Assembly (NCBI GenBank): GCA_900617105.1
Contig: UYFQ01000001.1
Coordinates: forward strand, 3,224,001-3,288,000
Length of the DNA stretch: 64,000 nucleotides
Origin: Hydrurus foetidus
Taxonomy: Eukaryota
Direction of reading: 5' to 3'
Positions 10,229 to 20,394 of this stretch are shown piece by piece; the stretch's first letter is position 1; each line of letters begins with the position of its first letter. The notes below the pieces were generated by a model that saw only the letters and a program-made list of their open reading frames with translations, did no database searches and was not told the DNA's origin. The position numbers were made by a program, and so were the translations under genes.

Positions 10229-13200
10229 ATGAACGTTTCTGCATGGTGCATTCGCAATCCCATCGCCGCCATCATGTTTTTTGTGATGTTGTGCTTTGCG
10301 GGCGTGCTCGGCTACCAAAACATGAAGGTGCAAAACTTTCCTGACCTGGATGTGCCCAACATCATCATCACCGCCAGCTTGCCCGGTGGATCGCCCGCGC
10401 AGCTTGAAACTGAAGTGGCCCGCAAAATCGAAAACGCCATTGCTGGCATTCAAGGCCTGAAAAATATTTACACCAAAGTGCAAGACGGCGTGGTGACGAT
10501 TACTGCCGAATTTCGGCTGGAGAAAACCACGCAAGAAGCACTCGACGAAACTCGCTCGGCTGTGCAACAAGTGCGCTCGGACTTGCCCGCCGACCTGCGC
10601 GACCCGGTGGTGAGCAAAGTCAATATTTCTGGCGGCGCTGTGCTGGCCTACACCATCCGCATTGCGTCGATGGACGACGAAGCCTTGAGCTGGTTTGTAG
10701 ACGACACGCTTACCCGCCGCTTGTTGGCCGTACCCGGCGTAGGCTCCGTCAGCCGGGTCGGCGGCGTTAATCGTGAAGTGCGCATCGCCCTTAACGCTGC
10801 CAAGATGCAGTCGCTCGGTGTCAGTGCTGCCGCCGTATCGCGCCAGCTGCGTGATGTGCAGATGGAAACCGCTGGCGGCCGGGTCGATTTAGGCACCAGC
10901 GAGCAGCCGGTTCGCACGCTGGCCACGGTTAAATCGGCCGCTGAGATTGGCGCTATTCAATTGGGCCTAAGCGGTGGCCGCAGCATTCGGCTGGACCAAA
11001 TTGCGACCGTGCAAGACACGATTGCTGAGCCGCGCTCAAGCGCGCTGCTTAACGGCGTGCCGGTGGTGGGTTTTGAAATTGCGCGCAGCAAAGGCTCAAG
11101 CGAAGTTGAAGCTGGCCGCGGCGTGCGCGCGGCACTAGACGAAATAAAACTCGCCCGGCCCGACATGCAACTGACTGAAGCCTTTGACTTTGTGACCCCG
11201 GTGGAAGAAGAATACGCTGCCTCACTCACCTTGCTGATTGAAGGCGCGCTGTTGGCAGTACTGGTGGTGTTCTTGTTTCTACGCGACTGGCGGGCCACGT
11301 TTATCTCATCGGTGGCGCTGCCGCTGTCGGTGATTCCAGCTTTTATTGGCATGAATTATTTGGGTTTTTCCATCAACGTGGTGACGCTGTTGGCGCTCAG
11401 TTTGGTGATTGGTATTTTGGTCGACGACGCGATTGTGGAGGTTGAAAATATCGTGCGCCACCTGCGCATGGGCAAGTCGCCCTACCAGGCCGCGATGGAA
11501 GCCGCTGACGAGATTGGCGTGGCGGTGATTGCCATTACCTTCACGCTGATTGCGGTATTTTTACCAACCGCCTTCATGAGCGGCATCGTGGGTAAATTTT
11601 TCAAGCAGTTCGGCTGGACAGCGGCGCTGGCGGTGTTTGCCTCGCTGATTGTGGCGCGCATGCTCACGCCCATGATGGCGGCGTACATCTTGAAGCCATT
11701 GGCCAAAGAGCACAACCCGAAAGACGGCAAATTGATGGCTTGGTACATGCGCACCAGCCGCTGGTGCTTGCAGCACCGCTGGACAACCGTGATGGCGGCG
11801 GGCGCGTTTTTTGTCGGGTCGTTGTTTTTGATTCCGTTGCTGCCCACCGGTTTTATTCCGCCCGACGACAACTCGCAAACCCAGGTTAATTTAGAGCTGC
11901 CGCCCGGAACGAAATTGGCGCAAACCAAGGCCGCAGCCGAAGCCGCGCGGCTGTTGATTGCCAAGGTTCAGTATGTCAAATCTGTCTACACCACAGTGGG
12001 CGGTGGCGCGGCCGGTGGCGACCCGTTTGCCCCCGGCGGTGTGGCTGAATCACGCAAAGCGACGCTGACTATTTTGTTGGCGCCGCGTGGCGAGCGCCCG
12101 CGCAAACAAGGCATTGAAAACAACATTCGCAAAGCACTTGAAGAGCTGCCCGGCGTACGCAGCAAGGTCGGCTTGGGCGGCTCGGGTGAAAAGTATGTGC
12201 TGGCACTGACGGGAGAAGACCCGGTAGCGTTGGGCGCAGCTGCAGCCACGCTTGAAAAAGAGCTGCGCACGATTGCCGGGTTGGGCTCCGTCGCATCCAG
12301 TGCATCGCTGGTGCGGCCTGAATTGACGGTGCGACCCGACTTCGCGCGCATGGCCGACTTGGGTGTGACCAGCGCCGCTATTGGCGAAACGGTGCGCATT
12401 GCGACGGTGGGCGATTTTGATGCGTCGCTGCCTAAATTAAATTTGGCCCAACGCCAAATTCCTATCGTGGTGCGTTTGTCTGACGATGCGCGCGAAGACA
12501 ACGGCGCACTCGAACGCCTGATGGTGCCCGGCACCAAAGGCCCCGTCATGCTTAGCCAGGTCGCCAGCATTGAGCTGGCTGGCGGCCCGGCGGTGATTGA
12601 CCGCTTTAATCGCTCCCGCAATGTGCAGTTTGAAATTGAGCTGTCAGGCATGCCGCTGGGTGACGTGACCAAGGCCGTCAATGAGCTGCCGACGCTGAAA
12701 AATCTACCGGCTGGCATCAAGCAAGTCGTGATTGGCGATGCTGAGGTCATGGGCGAGCTGTTTGCCAGTTTTGGCTTGGCCATGCTCACGGCAGTGCTGT
12801 GTATTTACATCGTGCTGGTGCTGCTGTTCAAAGACTTCTTGCAACCCTTCACGATTTTGGCGGCGCTTCCGTTGTCGTTAGGTGGCGCGTTTGCGGCACT
12901 GTTGATTGGCGACAAAAGCTTTTCCATGCCGTCGCTGATCGGGCTGATCATGCTGATGGGCATTGCCACCAAAAATTCAATTTTGCTGGTCGAGTACGCC
13001 ATTGAAGCGCGCCGCGGCAAACCGGCCACCGACACGCACGATGCGTTTGAGCCCATGAGCAGAATGGATGCACTGTTAGATGCGTGCCACAAACGCGTTC
13101 GCCCCATTGTGATGACCACCATTGCCATGGGTGCAGGCATGATGCCAATTGCTTTTAGCTGGGGCGCCTCCGACGGCAGCTTTCGCGCGCCCATGGGCGT

Positions 13201-13363
13201 GGCCGTGATTGGCGGGTTGATGACATCGACGCTGCTGAGTTTGCTGGTGATACCTGCGGTTTACACACTGGTTGATGACCTTGAAGAGTGGCTGGCTACT
13301 GTCTGGCGCAAGGTGTTTCGGCGTGAACAAGCAGCCGGGTCGCTGCCAATAGCGGCGCGGTAA
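10229..13363 (+). CDS. RND efflux permease (AcrB/MdtB-like)
   Basis: 1044 aa; GILVDDAIVEVENI, GIATKNSILLVE and RVRPIVMTT. Confidence 0.97.
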   Translation: MNVSAWCIRNPIAAIMFFVMLCFAGVLGYQNMKVQNFPDLDVPNIIITASLPGGSPAQLETEVARKIENAIAGIQGLKNIYTKVQDGVVTITAEFRLEKTTQEALDETRSAVQQVRSDLPADLRDPVVSKVNISGGAVLAYTIRIASMDDEALSWFVDDTLTRRLLAVPGVGSVSRVGGVNREVRIALNAAKMQSLGVSAAAVSRQLRDVQMETAGGRVDLGTSEQPVRTLATVKSAAEIGAIQLGLSGGRSIRLDQIATVQDTIAEPRSSALLNGVPVVGFEIARSKGSSEVEAGRGVRAALDEIKLARPDMQLTEAFDFVTPVEEEYAASLTLLIEGALLAVLVVFLFLRDWRATFISSVALPLSVIPAFIGMNYLGFSINVVTLLALSLVIGILVDDAIVEVENIVRHLRMGKSPYQAAMEAADEIGVAVIAITFTLIAVFLPTAFMSGIVGKFFKQFGWTAALAVFASLIVARMLTPMMAAYILKPLAKEHNPKDGKLMAWYMRTSRWCLQHRWTTVMAAGAFFVGSLFLIPLLPTGFIPPDDNSQTQVNLELPPGTKLAQTKAAAEAARLLIAKVQYVKSVYTTVGGGAAGGDPFAPGGVAESRKATLTILLAPRGERPRKQGIENNIRKALEELPGVRSKVGLGGSGEKYVLALTGEDPVALGAAAATLEKELRTIAGLGSVASSASLVRPELTVRPDFARMADLGVTSAAIGETVRIATVGDFDASLPKLNLAQRQIPIVVRLSDDAREDNGALERLMVPGTKGPVMLSQVASIELAGGPAVIDRFNRSRNVQFEIELSGMPLGDVTKAVNELPTLKNLPAGIKQVVIGDAEVMGELFASFGLAMLTAVLCIYIVLVLLFKDFLQPFTILAALPLSLGGAFAALLIGDKSFSMPSLIGLIMLMGIATKNSILLVEYAIEARRGKPATDTHDAFEPMSRMDALLDACHKRVRPIVMTTIAMGAGMMPIAFSWGASDGSFRAPMGVAVIGGLMTSTLLSLLVIPAVYTLVDDLEEWLATVWRKVFRREQAAGSLPIAAR

Positions 13364-13601
13364 CGGGCAAAGCCGGTGCCCCAAAAGCCGGGCGTGTTCA
13401 CTAACTGTGCATAGTTAAAAAGAGGCGCGCAGTACTTGCACAACCTGTTACCCGCCATTTCCCGACGCAGGGTGCAGGCATCGCCCTACGCCGAAATATT
13501 TAGCGCCGTTTAAAAATTGCAGGTCTTAACTCGATTGTTACCCTGCCGCGGCGTTCACCATTTTGGGTAAGCAGCTGTATCGGCAAACACCAGGAAACCT
13601 T

Positions 13602-13874
13602 ATGAAGACATCTACCATTTATTCAGCTGTTATTTTGAGCGCGGCCGTCGTTGCCCTCAGCGCCTGCGATCGCCCTGCAACCGTTGTCACTCCGCCAGCC
13701 GTGGTGACTGTTCCAGGCCCTGCTGGTCCGGCGGGCCCGTCGGGCAGCTCAGGAACCACGGGTACCACCGGCGCAACGGGTAGCACTGGTGCAACGGGCA
13801 GCATGGGTGAAAAAGGGGCTACCGGCGGCGACACTGTCGTGGTGATGCCGCCCGCAGTGCCTGCATCCAAGTAA
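13602..13874 (+). CDS. Small collagen-like (Gly-X-Y) lipoprotein
   Basis: RBS AGGA before ATG 13602, lipobox LSAC, about 12 Gly-X-Y triplets (GPAGPAGPSGSSGTTGTTGATGSTGATGSMGEKGAT). Confidence 0.75.
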   Translation: MKTSTIYSAVILSAAVVALSACDRPATVVTPPAVVTVPGPAGPAGPSGSSGTTGTTGATGSTGATGSMGEKGATGGDTVVVMPPAVPASK

Positions 13875-13893
13875 TTGTCCTTAAATAGTGCTT

Positions 13894-13936
13894 TAGCCCA
13901 ATCAATACAGGCGCGAGCAGCTATTGAATAAATAGC
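13894..13936 (+). repeat. 43-bp dispersed motif, copy 3 (between convergent genes)
   Basis: TAGCCCAATCAATACAGGCGCGAGCAGCTATTGAATAAATAGC. Confidence 0.85.
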
Positions 13937-13940
13937 GCTG

Positions 13941-14429
13941 CTAAACCGGCGTGTGGCGAATTTTTTGCACCAGCGCGGTGGTGGAATACCCATCAACAAA
14001 AGCAATTGCGACAGCTGTGCCGCCGTAACTTTCGACCACCGCAGTTTCTGGTAGTGCGCGCATGTCGTAGTCACCGCCTTTGACCAGCGTGTGGGGTCGA
14101 AGCTCAGTGATGATGCTCAACGGCGTGTCTTCGTCGAACCAGGTGACAAGACTGACCGACTCTAGCGCGGCCATGACCCAAGCGCGGTCTTGCTCATTGT
14201 TCAACGGTCGGTCATTGCCTTTGCCCAGCCGCCTGGCCGATGCGTCTGTGTTTAATGCCACCACCAAACTTGCACCGAGTGCGCGCGCCTGCGCCAGGTA
14301 AGTCACGTGCCCGCGGTGAAGCACGTCAAACACACCGTTGGTAAAAACAACCGGCTGCGGAAGGTTTTTAACGCGTTGCAACGCAGCTTCGCGCGCTACA
14401 ACCTTGCTTGAAAAGTCAGGCGCGGTCAC
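13941..14429 (-). CDS. rfaE2: D-glycero-beta-D-manno-heptose 1-phosphate adenylyltransferase (RfaE domain II)
   Basis: FTNGVFDVLHRGHV (HxGH) and LVKGGDY. Confidence 0.92.
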   Translation of the reverse strand: MTAPDFSSKVVAREAALQRVKNLPQPVVFTNGVFDVLHRGHVTYLAQARALGASLVVALNTDASARRLGKGNDRPLNNEQDRAWVMAALESVSLVTWFDEDTPLSIITELRPHTLVKGGDYDMRALPETAVVESYGGTAVAIAFVDGYSTTALVQKIRHTPV

Positions 14430-15310
14430 ACCAGCTGAGGCTTGGCTTGCCCTGCATCCAATGGGGCCGCAATGGCGCCCGCAATTTCGCGGCCCAAGTC
14501 TTTGCGGTAGCGGTTCAGCTCTTGCACCGTTTTAAAGCTCTGGTTCATCAAAAGGCTCATGTTGTGCAAGATGCGCTCGACCACTTTGCCTTCCCAAACC
14601 GCATCAAACTTGATCTGTGTGTCCAGCCAGTGCTCCAGCCACTCGGGGTTGGGCAGGCGCGACTGAATGGTGTCGCGTGGAAACAAGTTTTTGTTTACAT
14701 GCAAATTGGTGGGGTGCAGCGCCTGGGCGGTGCGGCGCGCACTTGCCATCAGCACGCCGACTTTAACGAACGCTGCCTTCGCGTCATTGCCAAAATTATT
14801 GATCGCCCGCTTCATGTAGCGCAGGTAAGCGCCGCCGTGGCGCGCCTCGTCCTGGCTGAGTTGGGTGTAGATTTTTTTAATCACTGGCTCGGTGTGCCAT
14901 TCGCTGGCGCGGCGGTACCAATGGTTAAGCCTGATTTCGCCGCAAAAGTGCAGCATCAGCGTTTCAAGTGGCGGCGCGGGCTCAAACTCAAAGCGCACTT
15001 CATGCAGCTCTTTTTCAGTCGGCGCCAAGTCGGGCCGAAAGCGTTTGAGGTATTCCATCAGCACCAGCGAGTGCTTTTGTTCTTCAAAAAACCAGATCGA
15101 CATGAAAGCTGAAAAATCGCTGTCGTCTTTGTTGTCGCGCAAAAACATTTCGGTGGCCGGCAGCGCCGCCCATTCAGTAATCGCGTTCATCTTGATGGTT
15201 TGCGCCTGCTCATCGGTAAGTTGCGACGCATCAAAACTTGACCACGGAATGTCTTTGTCCATGTCCCAGCGAACGGACTCAAGCTGTTTAAACAATTCAG
15301 GGTAAAGCAT
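14426..15310 (-). CDS. Ferritin-like diiron protein (acyl-ACP desaturase-like fold)
   Basis: Two ExxH motifs (EEQKH, DEARH); overlaps rfaE2 by 4 bp. Confidence 0.8.
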   Translation of the reverse strand: MLYPELFKQLESVRWDMDKDIPWSSFDASQLTDEQAQTIKMNAITEWAALPATEMFLRDNKDDSDFSAFMSIWFFEEQKHSLVLMEYLKRFRPDLAPTEKELHEVRFEFEPAPPLETLMLHFCGEIRLNHWYRRASEWHTEPVIKKIYTQLSQDEARHGGAYLRYMKRAINNFGNDAKAAFVKVGVLMASARRTAQALHPTNLHVNKNLFPRDTIQSRLPNPEWLEHWLDTQIKFDAVWEGKVVERILHNMSLLMNQSFKTVQELNRYRKDLGREIAGAIAAPLDAGQAKPQLV

Positions 15311-15462
15311 ATGAACTCCTTCGCACCTGGAGGTGCGCTTCGTTATATTACGCAGAAAATGCTGCGCTGGATGTTGTTGGTTTGCATCTTGCAGCCATCA
15401 CAATTTTAGGCAGTATTTGTGACAAATGGCCCCACGCAGGGGTATTGCAAGTCAAGTCGGGC

Positions 15463-15488
15463 GAATCTACTGCACAGAATCTGGCGTA
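15463..15488 (+). promoter_or_regulatory. Candidate RpoE/ChrR-type (ECF11) promoter
   Basis: GAATCT-N15-GCGTA upstream of the peroxidase; resembles the TGATCC...GCGTA consensus. Confidence 0.45.
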
Positions 15489-15539
15489 TAACTCAGTGAT
15501 AAAGCGGTATTTTCCGCTTCGTTGATATTGGAGGTCGCC

Positions 15540-16133
15540 ATGCGCCTGTCGTCTGTCTTTTTATTTCGCCCCGTGATGGGCGCCGCACTGCTTGCCTTGG
15601 CGGGCGCTGGCTTTTTCGTTTCAGCCCACGCCGCTGCCCCGGCTGATACGGCATGCCCCGCGCTGCTAAAACAAGACGTTATGCGCTTGCAAGATGAAAA
15701 GCCGCAGTCCTTGTGCCAGTACAGCGGCAAGGTGGTGGTAGTGGTAAATACGGCAAGCTTTTGTGGTTTTACTTCGCAGTATGAGGGGTTAGAAGCGCTG
15801 CACAGCAAGTACAAAGACAAAGGTTTGGTCGTGCTGGGCTTTCCGTCGAATGACTTTGCACAAGAAACCGGCAGCAACAAACAGATTGCTGACTTCTGTG
15901 CCAACACCTTCGGCGTGAAGTTTCCTATGTTTACTAAAACCACCGTTTCGGGCAAAGACGCCAGCCCGCTGTTCAAGGAACTCAGCGCCAAGTCTGGCAC
16001 CACCCCGAAGTGGAACTTTTATAAATACGTGATCGGCCGGGACGGGCAAAGCGTGGTCAGTTTCAATTCAATGGCCGCGCCTGACAGCAAGCAATTCGTC
16101 AACGAGATTGAAAAGCAGCTGGCCCAGAAGTAA
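15540..16133 (+). CDS. Glutathione peroxidase family protein with signal peptide
   Basis: VNTASFCGFTSQYEGL, LGFPSNDF and PKWNFYKYVI; RBS GGAGG. Confidence 0.93.
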   Translation: MRLSSVFLFRPVMGAALLALAGAGFFVSAHAAAPADTACPALLKQDVMRLQDEKPQSLCQYSGKVVVVVNTASFCGFTSQYEGLEALHSKYKDKGLVVLGFPSNDFAQETGSNKQIADFCANTFGVKFPMFTKTTVSGKDASPLFKELSAKSGTTPKWNFYKYVIGRDGQSVVSFNSMAAPDSKQFVNEIEKQLAQK

Positions 16134-16170
16134 GCTCTATCAGTGTCTTGGGCAAGCAGACAGCGAAGTT

Positions 16171-16219
16171 ATTACCAATCAGTCACTATTTGACCGACTA
16201 GTAATTTTTGGCTTATACT
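16171..16219 (+). promoter_or_regulatory. Sigma70-like promoter overlapped by a 15-bp-arm inverted repeat (operator-like)
   Basis: ATTACCAATCAGTCA-ctatt-TGACCGACTAGTAAT; TTGACC (16190)-N18-TATACT (16214). Confidence 0.55.
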
Positions 16220-16225
16220 TCGCCC

Positions 16226-16492
16226 ATGGTGTACTTTAAGCTCACAGATATTTACTTCGCCAATTGCATGGCCGAGGGGAACTCTGCGGGCACGGGAACG
16301 CTCATAACTGGGTGTCACGCTACATCACGCAGTGCAGCGTTTGTAAGGCGTGACCAGCCAGTTTCATGGTTGCGAAGCCTTTTAAGCCGTTCAGGCTTGA
16401 AAGAAATCCCAGGGTGGTTCTCCTCCTCCCTCCCTCCCTTGTTTGTCTTGGGGCGCTTTGCAACATTTTTATTCCCGGCGCGGCGATGCTAA
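16226..16492 (+). other. Structured leader and/or 88-aa upstream ORF of the lipid-modification operon
   Basis: ATG is 6 nt after TATACT; the stop overlaps the next gene's start; several nested stems are present. Confidence 0.4.
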
Positions 16493-17799
16493 GCAAAGCC
16501 CGCCCGCGAGTCGCCATAGTTGGCTCCGGCATTTCTGGCCTGGCAGCAGCGCACGCGCTTCAAGGCAAAGCCGACATCACCCTGTTTGAGGCGGGCGGCT
16601 ATTTTGGCGGCCACACGCACACGGTTGACGTGACTTTAAAAACCCCGCAGGGCGCAAACGTCACGCACGGCGTGGATACGGGTTTTCTGGTTTTCAATGA
16701 GCGTACCTACCCTAATTTAATTCAGCTGTTCGCTGATTTAGGCGTAGCTACCGCCAAGTCAGACATGTCGTTTTCAGTGCAAGCGCCTATCGGCAATGGC
16801 GCTCGGCTGGAGTGGAGCGGCTCATCGCTGAACAGCGTGTTTTCTCAGCGCAGCAATTTGGTGAGCTGGAAGTTTTTGCGCATGCTCCGCGACATTGTTC
16901 GGTTCAACCGCGTCACCACGGCTTTAGCAAATGCCAAAGCAAGCGACGCCATGCTGCAGCCGCTGAGTGACTTTTTGGCGGATCAAAAATTCTCAAGTGA
17001 GTTTCGCGACTGGTATTTTCTGCCAATGATGGGTTGCATCTGGTCTTGCCCGACCCAACAAATGCTGCAGTTCCCGGTGTCGACCATGATCCGGTTTTGC
17101 TACAACCACGGTTTGATTCAAGTCACTAACCGCCCGCAATGGTGGACGGTCAGCGGCGGCGCAAAACACTATGTTGAAAAAATAATTGCCAACGTGAGCG
17201 ACAAGCGGCTGAACACCCCAGTCAGGCTGATCGAGAGGGATGTCAATGGCGTCAACATCACCACTGACCAAGGCACGGAGCCGTTTGACAAGGTGGTTCT
17301 GGCCGCGCACTCTGACGAATCGCTTGAGCTGCTGAGCCAGCCGACCGCAGCCGAGCGAAAAACGCTTGGAGCCATTACTTACCAGCCGAATCGCGCTGTG
17401 CTGCACACCGACGCATCGGTACTGCCGAGCAAAAAGCTCACCTGGGCAGCCTGGAACTACGAGCGCGCCCCAACCTCTGGCGCTGAGTCCACACAAGTTT
17501 GCCTGCACTATTTGCTCAACATGCTGCAGCCACTGCCGTTTGCGCAGCCGGTAGTGGTCTCGTTGAATCCACTGCGCGAAATTGCGCGTAGTCATGTGAT
17601 GGGGCAATACGACTATTCGCATCCGGTGTTTGATCTGGCTGCCGTTCGTGCGCAGGCTGATGTGCCGCGCTTGCAAGGCCAGCAAAACACTTATTTTTGC
17701 GGTGCCTGGACGGGCTACGGTTTTCATGAAGACGGTTTGAAGTCTGGCTTGGCTGCGGCCGGGCAACTGCTGCTTGACCTGGAAAAGGCCATGGCATGA
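16486..17799 (+). CDS. FAD/NAD-dependent oxidoreductase (amine oxidase-like; UfaD/RSP1091-like)
   Basis: VAIVGSGISGLAAA, GGHTHT, VDTGFLVFNERTYPN and GAWTGYGFHEDG. Confidence 0.9.
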   Translation: MLSKARPRVAIVGSGISGLAAAHALQGKADITLFEAGGYFGGHTHTVDVTLKTPQGANVTHGVDTGFLVFNERTYPNLIQLFADLGVATAKSDMSFSVQAPIGNGARLEWSGSSLNSVFSQRSNLVSWKFLRMLRDIVRFNRVTTALANAKASDAMLQPLSDFLADQKFSSEFRDWYFLPMMGCIWSCPTQQMLQFPVSTMIRFCYNHGLIQVTNRPQWWTVSGGAKHYVEKIIANVSDKRLNTPVRLIERDVNGVNITTDQGTEPFDKVVLAAHSDESLELLSQPTAAERKTLGAITYQPNRAVLHTDASVLPSKKLTWAAWNYERAPTSGAESTQVCLHYLLNMLQPLPFAQPVVVSLNPLREIARSHVMGQYDYSHPVFDLAAVRAQADVPRLQGQQNTYFCGAWTGYGFHEDGLKSGLAAAGQLLLDLEKAMA

Positions 17800-18566
17800 G
17801 CGCCGCTGTGCCCTTGCTCGGCTTTGGTAATGTGCGGCATAAACGCATCAAGCCTGCAAGCAACGGGTTTACCTACCCGACCTACTTTTTAATGCTACCC
17901 ATGCGCGCCATGCATGGCGCCGTTCAAGGTGCACCCAGCGCGCTAGGTCACAACCGCAGCGGCGCCATCAGTTTTTTTGATCGTGATCACGGCGACGGCC
18001 GAGCCAATTCGGTTGGCTGGATTGATGAGCTATTGGCCAATGAAGGCATTACCGATGCAACCGGCGAGCTTTGGCTGCACACCTACCCGCGTGTGCTCGG
18101 CTACACCTTCAAGCCAGTCAGTTTTTGGTACTGCCATGCCAAGGACAATTCCTTGCGCGCTATCGTGGTCGAGGTCAACAACACCTTTGGTGAGCGCCAC
18201 TGCTACTTGCTGGACCGACCTGCGTACGGACACGAGTTGGTGGCTGACAAAGTCTTTCACGTCTCGCCGTTTTGCACACTTGAAGGCAATTACCGGTTCA
18301 GGTTTATGCGTAGCAGCCATGGCGGCATTGAAAAAACTGTTGCCCGCATTGACTACGACGACGCCAGCGGCCCGATGATTGAAACCAGTGTTAGCGGCAC
18401 GCTAGAACCTGTTTCAAACGCCAGCCTGCGCAAAGCGCTGTGGCGCTACCCGGCCATGACGTTCGGCGTTGTTGCTCGCATTCACTGGCAGGCCGCCAAG
18501 TTGTGGTTCAAGCGTGTGCCGTTCGTGCCCAAGCCCAAGCCCCCAGAACACTTTGTGACGCGTTAA
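17796..18566 (+). CDS. DUF1365 family protein (UfaO/RSP1090-like)
   Basis: PRVLGYTFKPVSFWYC, EVNNTFGERHCY, KVFHVSPF and IHWQAAKLW. Confidence 0.92.
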   Translation: MSAAVPLLGFGNVRHKRIKPASNGFTYPTYFLMLPMRAMHGAVQGAPSALGHNRSGAISFFDRDHGDGRANSVGWIDELLANEGITDATGELWLHTYPRVLGYTFKPVSFWYCHAKDNSLRAIVVEVNNTFGERHCYLLDRPAYGHELVADKVFHVSPFCTLEGNYRFRFMRSSHGGIEKTVARIDYDDASGPMIETSVSGTLEPVSNASLRKALWRYPAMTFGVVARIHWQAAKLWFKRVPFVPKPKPPEHFVTR

Positions 18567-18586
18567 CTTACCAAAACAGCCCATCG

Positions 18587-19828
18587 ATGACCACCAGTAA
18601 CTCCTCGTCTTCCACCGCGTCTTACGTGCTGCCCAGCGGAGCACCTTCGGCAGCGCGTGCCACGCTTAAATTGCTGATGCGCTTAAAGCACGGCACGCTG
18701 ATGGTCAAACTGCCGGACGGTTCTGTACAGCGCTTTGGCAGTGGTGAGCAGCCGATGGCCAGCTTGCACTTGCTGAACTGGAATGTATGCACGGCAGCCC
18801 TTAAATCTGGCGACATCGGCTTTGCTGAAAGCTATATGGCGGGTGACTGGACAACGCCGCACCTCACAGAGCTGCTGCGCGTTTTTATTTTGAACCGCAA
18901 AGAAGTTGAAGACGTGATCTACGGCACGTGGCTGGGCCGCTTCGCGTACCGCGTCAAGCACTTGCTCAATCGCAATACCAAAGCCAACAGTCAAAAAAAT
19001 ATTCACGCGCATTACGACTTGGGCAATGCGTTTTACGAGTTGTGGCTGGACGGCACAATGAACTATTCATCTGCGATTTTTGACACGCCTGAAACGTCGA
19101 TGGTGGACGCGCAGCATGCCAAAGTGCGCCGGGCATTGCGCATGGCGCGGGTCGAGCCTGGCAGTCGCGTGCTGGAAATTGGTTGCGGCTGGGGCGCGTT
19201 GGCAGAAAAAGCCACGCTTGAATTTGGCGCATCAGTGGTCGGCGTGACGCTGAGCACCGAACAGCTGGCGTGGGCCAACAAGCGCATGGCACGCGGGGGT
19301 GTGGCTGAACGGGCAGATTTACGCTTGCAAGACTACCGCGACATTGGCAAAACCAGTGCAGACGAACCGTTTGACGCGATCTGCTCAATAGAAATGGTCG
19401 AAGCCGTTGGCCGCGAATACTGGCCCGAGTATTTTCAAACCGTGCACCGGTTGCTCAAGCCGGGCGGTTACGCCTGCATTCAAAGCATTGTGATTGCCGA
19501 CGTTTTGTTCGAGCGCTACTTGACCTCTACCGACTTTATTCAGCAATATATCTTTCCGGGCGGTTGTTTGCCGTGCCCCAAAGAGTTTCGTGCGCAAGCC
19601 GTGAAGGCGGGCTTTGAGGTGGTCGACGAATTTTCGTTTGGGCAAGACTACGCCCGCACGCTCGAGCTTTGGCACGAGCAGTTCGTGGCGCAGCAAGCGC
19701 ACGTCATGCAGCTCGGGTTTGACACGAAATTCATTCGCATCTGGGAGTTTTACCTGGCTTACTGCGAGGCAGCTTTTCGCCAAGCCAACACCGACGTGGT
19801 GCAGTACACGCTGCGTAAACGCGCATGA
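18587..19828 (+). CDS. cfa: Cyclopropane-fatty-acyl-phospholipid synthase family SAM methyltransferase
   Basis: NIHAHYDLGNAFY, VLEIGCGWG and FIQQYIFPGG. Confidence 0.92.
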   Translation: MTTSNSSSSTASYVLPSGAPSAARATLKLLMRLKHGTLMVKLPDGSVQRFGSGEQPMASLHLLNWNVCTAALKSGDIGFAESYMAGDWTTPHLTELLRVFILNRKEVEDVIYGTWLGRFAYRVKHLLNRNTKANSQKNIHAHYDLGNAFYELWLDGTMNYSSAIFDTPETSMVDAQHAKVRRALRMARVEPGSRVLEIGCGWGALAEKATLEFGASVVGVTLSTEQLAWANKRMARGGVAERADLRLQDYRDIGKTSADEPFDAICSIEMVEAVGREYWPEYFQTVHRLLKPGGYACIQSIVIADVLFERYLTSTDFIQQYIFPGGCLPCPKEFRAQAVKAGFEVVDEFSFGQDYARTLELWHEQFVAQQAHVMQLGFDTKFIRIWEFYLAYCEAAFRQANTDVVQYTLRKRA

Positions 19829-20394
19829 ACAAGCGGCGGCTGGTCATTGTTGGGGTGCTTGCGGGCCTTGCCTGCGCCGCGCCGGTGGCTTCTAGCTGGG
19901 CGACCATTGGCGGCTTGCCGGGCCACCCGCCGGAGCTGCAAGCAGCGCTGCCCCAACACCGCTTGCTGGGTCAAGCGCGGCTGTCGGTGTACGGCTTTCA
20001 GGTGTATGACTCGCGCTTGTGGGTGGCCCCTAGTTTCAACACGCAAGACTTTTCATCCCAGTCGTTTGCGCTCGAGCTGGCTTACCTGCGAGACTTTAAA
20101 AGCGAAGCCATCGTCGAACGCTCTATTGCCGAAATGCGCCGGGTCGCGGCACTCGACGATAGTCAAGCTAGCGCTTGGCGCACGGCCATGCTGCGCGTGA
20201 TTCCCAATATTAAAAAAGGCGACCGCGTATTGGGCGTCAACCGTCCGGGCGAAGGCGCAACGTTTTGGGTCAACGGCAAACGCGCAGGCGACGTGGACGA
20301 CGCCGAATTCGCTCGCTTGTTCTTTGGCATTTGGCTGTCAGCAAAAACATCGCAACCCAAAATGCGCACCGCTTTACTCGCTGGTTTGCCATGA
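19825..20394 (+). CDS. Chalcone isomerase-like lipid-binding protein
   Basis: GFQVYDSRLW and FARLFFGIWLS; 4-bp overlaps on both sides. Confidence 0.85.
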   Translation: MNKRRLVIVGVLAGLACAAPVASSWATIGGLPGHPPELQAALPQHRLLGQARLSVYGFQVYDSRLWVAPSFNTQDFSSQSFALELAYLRDFKSEAIVERSIAEMRRVAALDDSQASAWRTAMLRVIPNIKKGDRVLGVNRPGEGATFWVNGKRAGDVDDAEFARLFFGIWLSAKTSQPKMRTALLAGLP

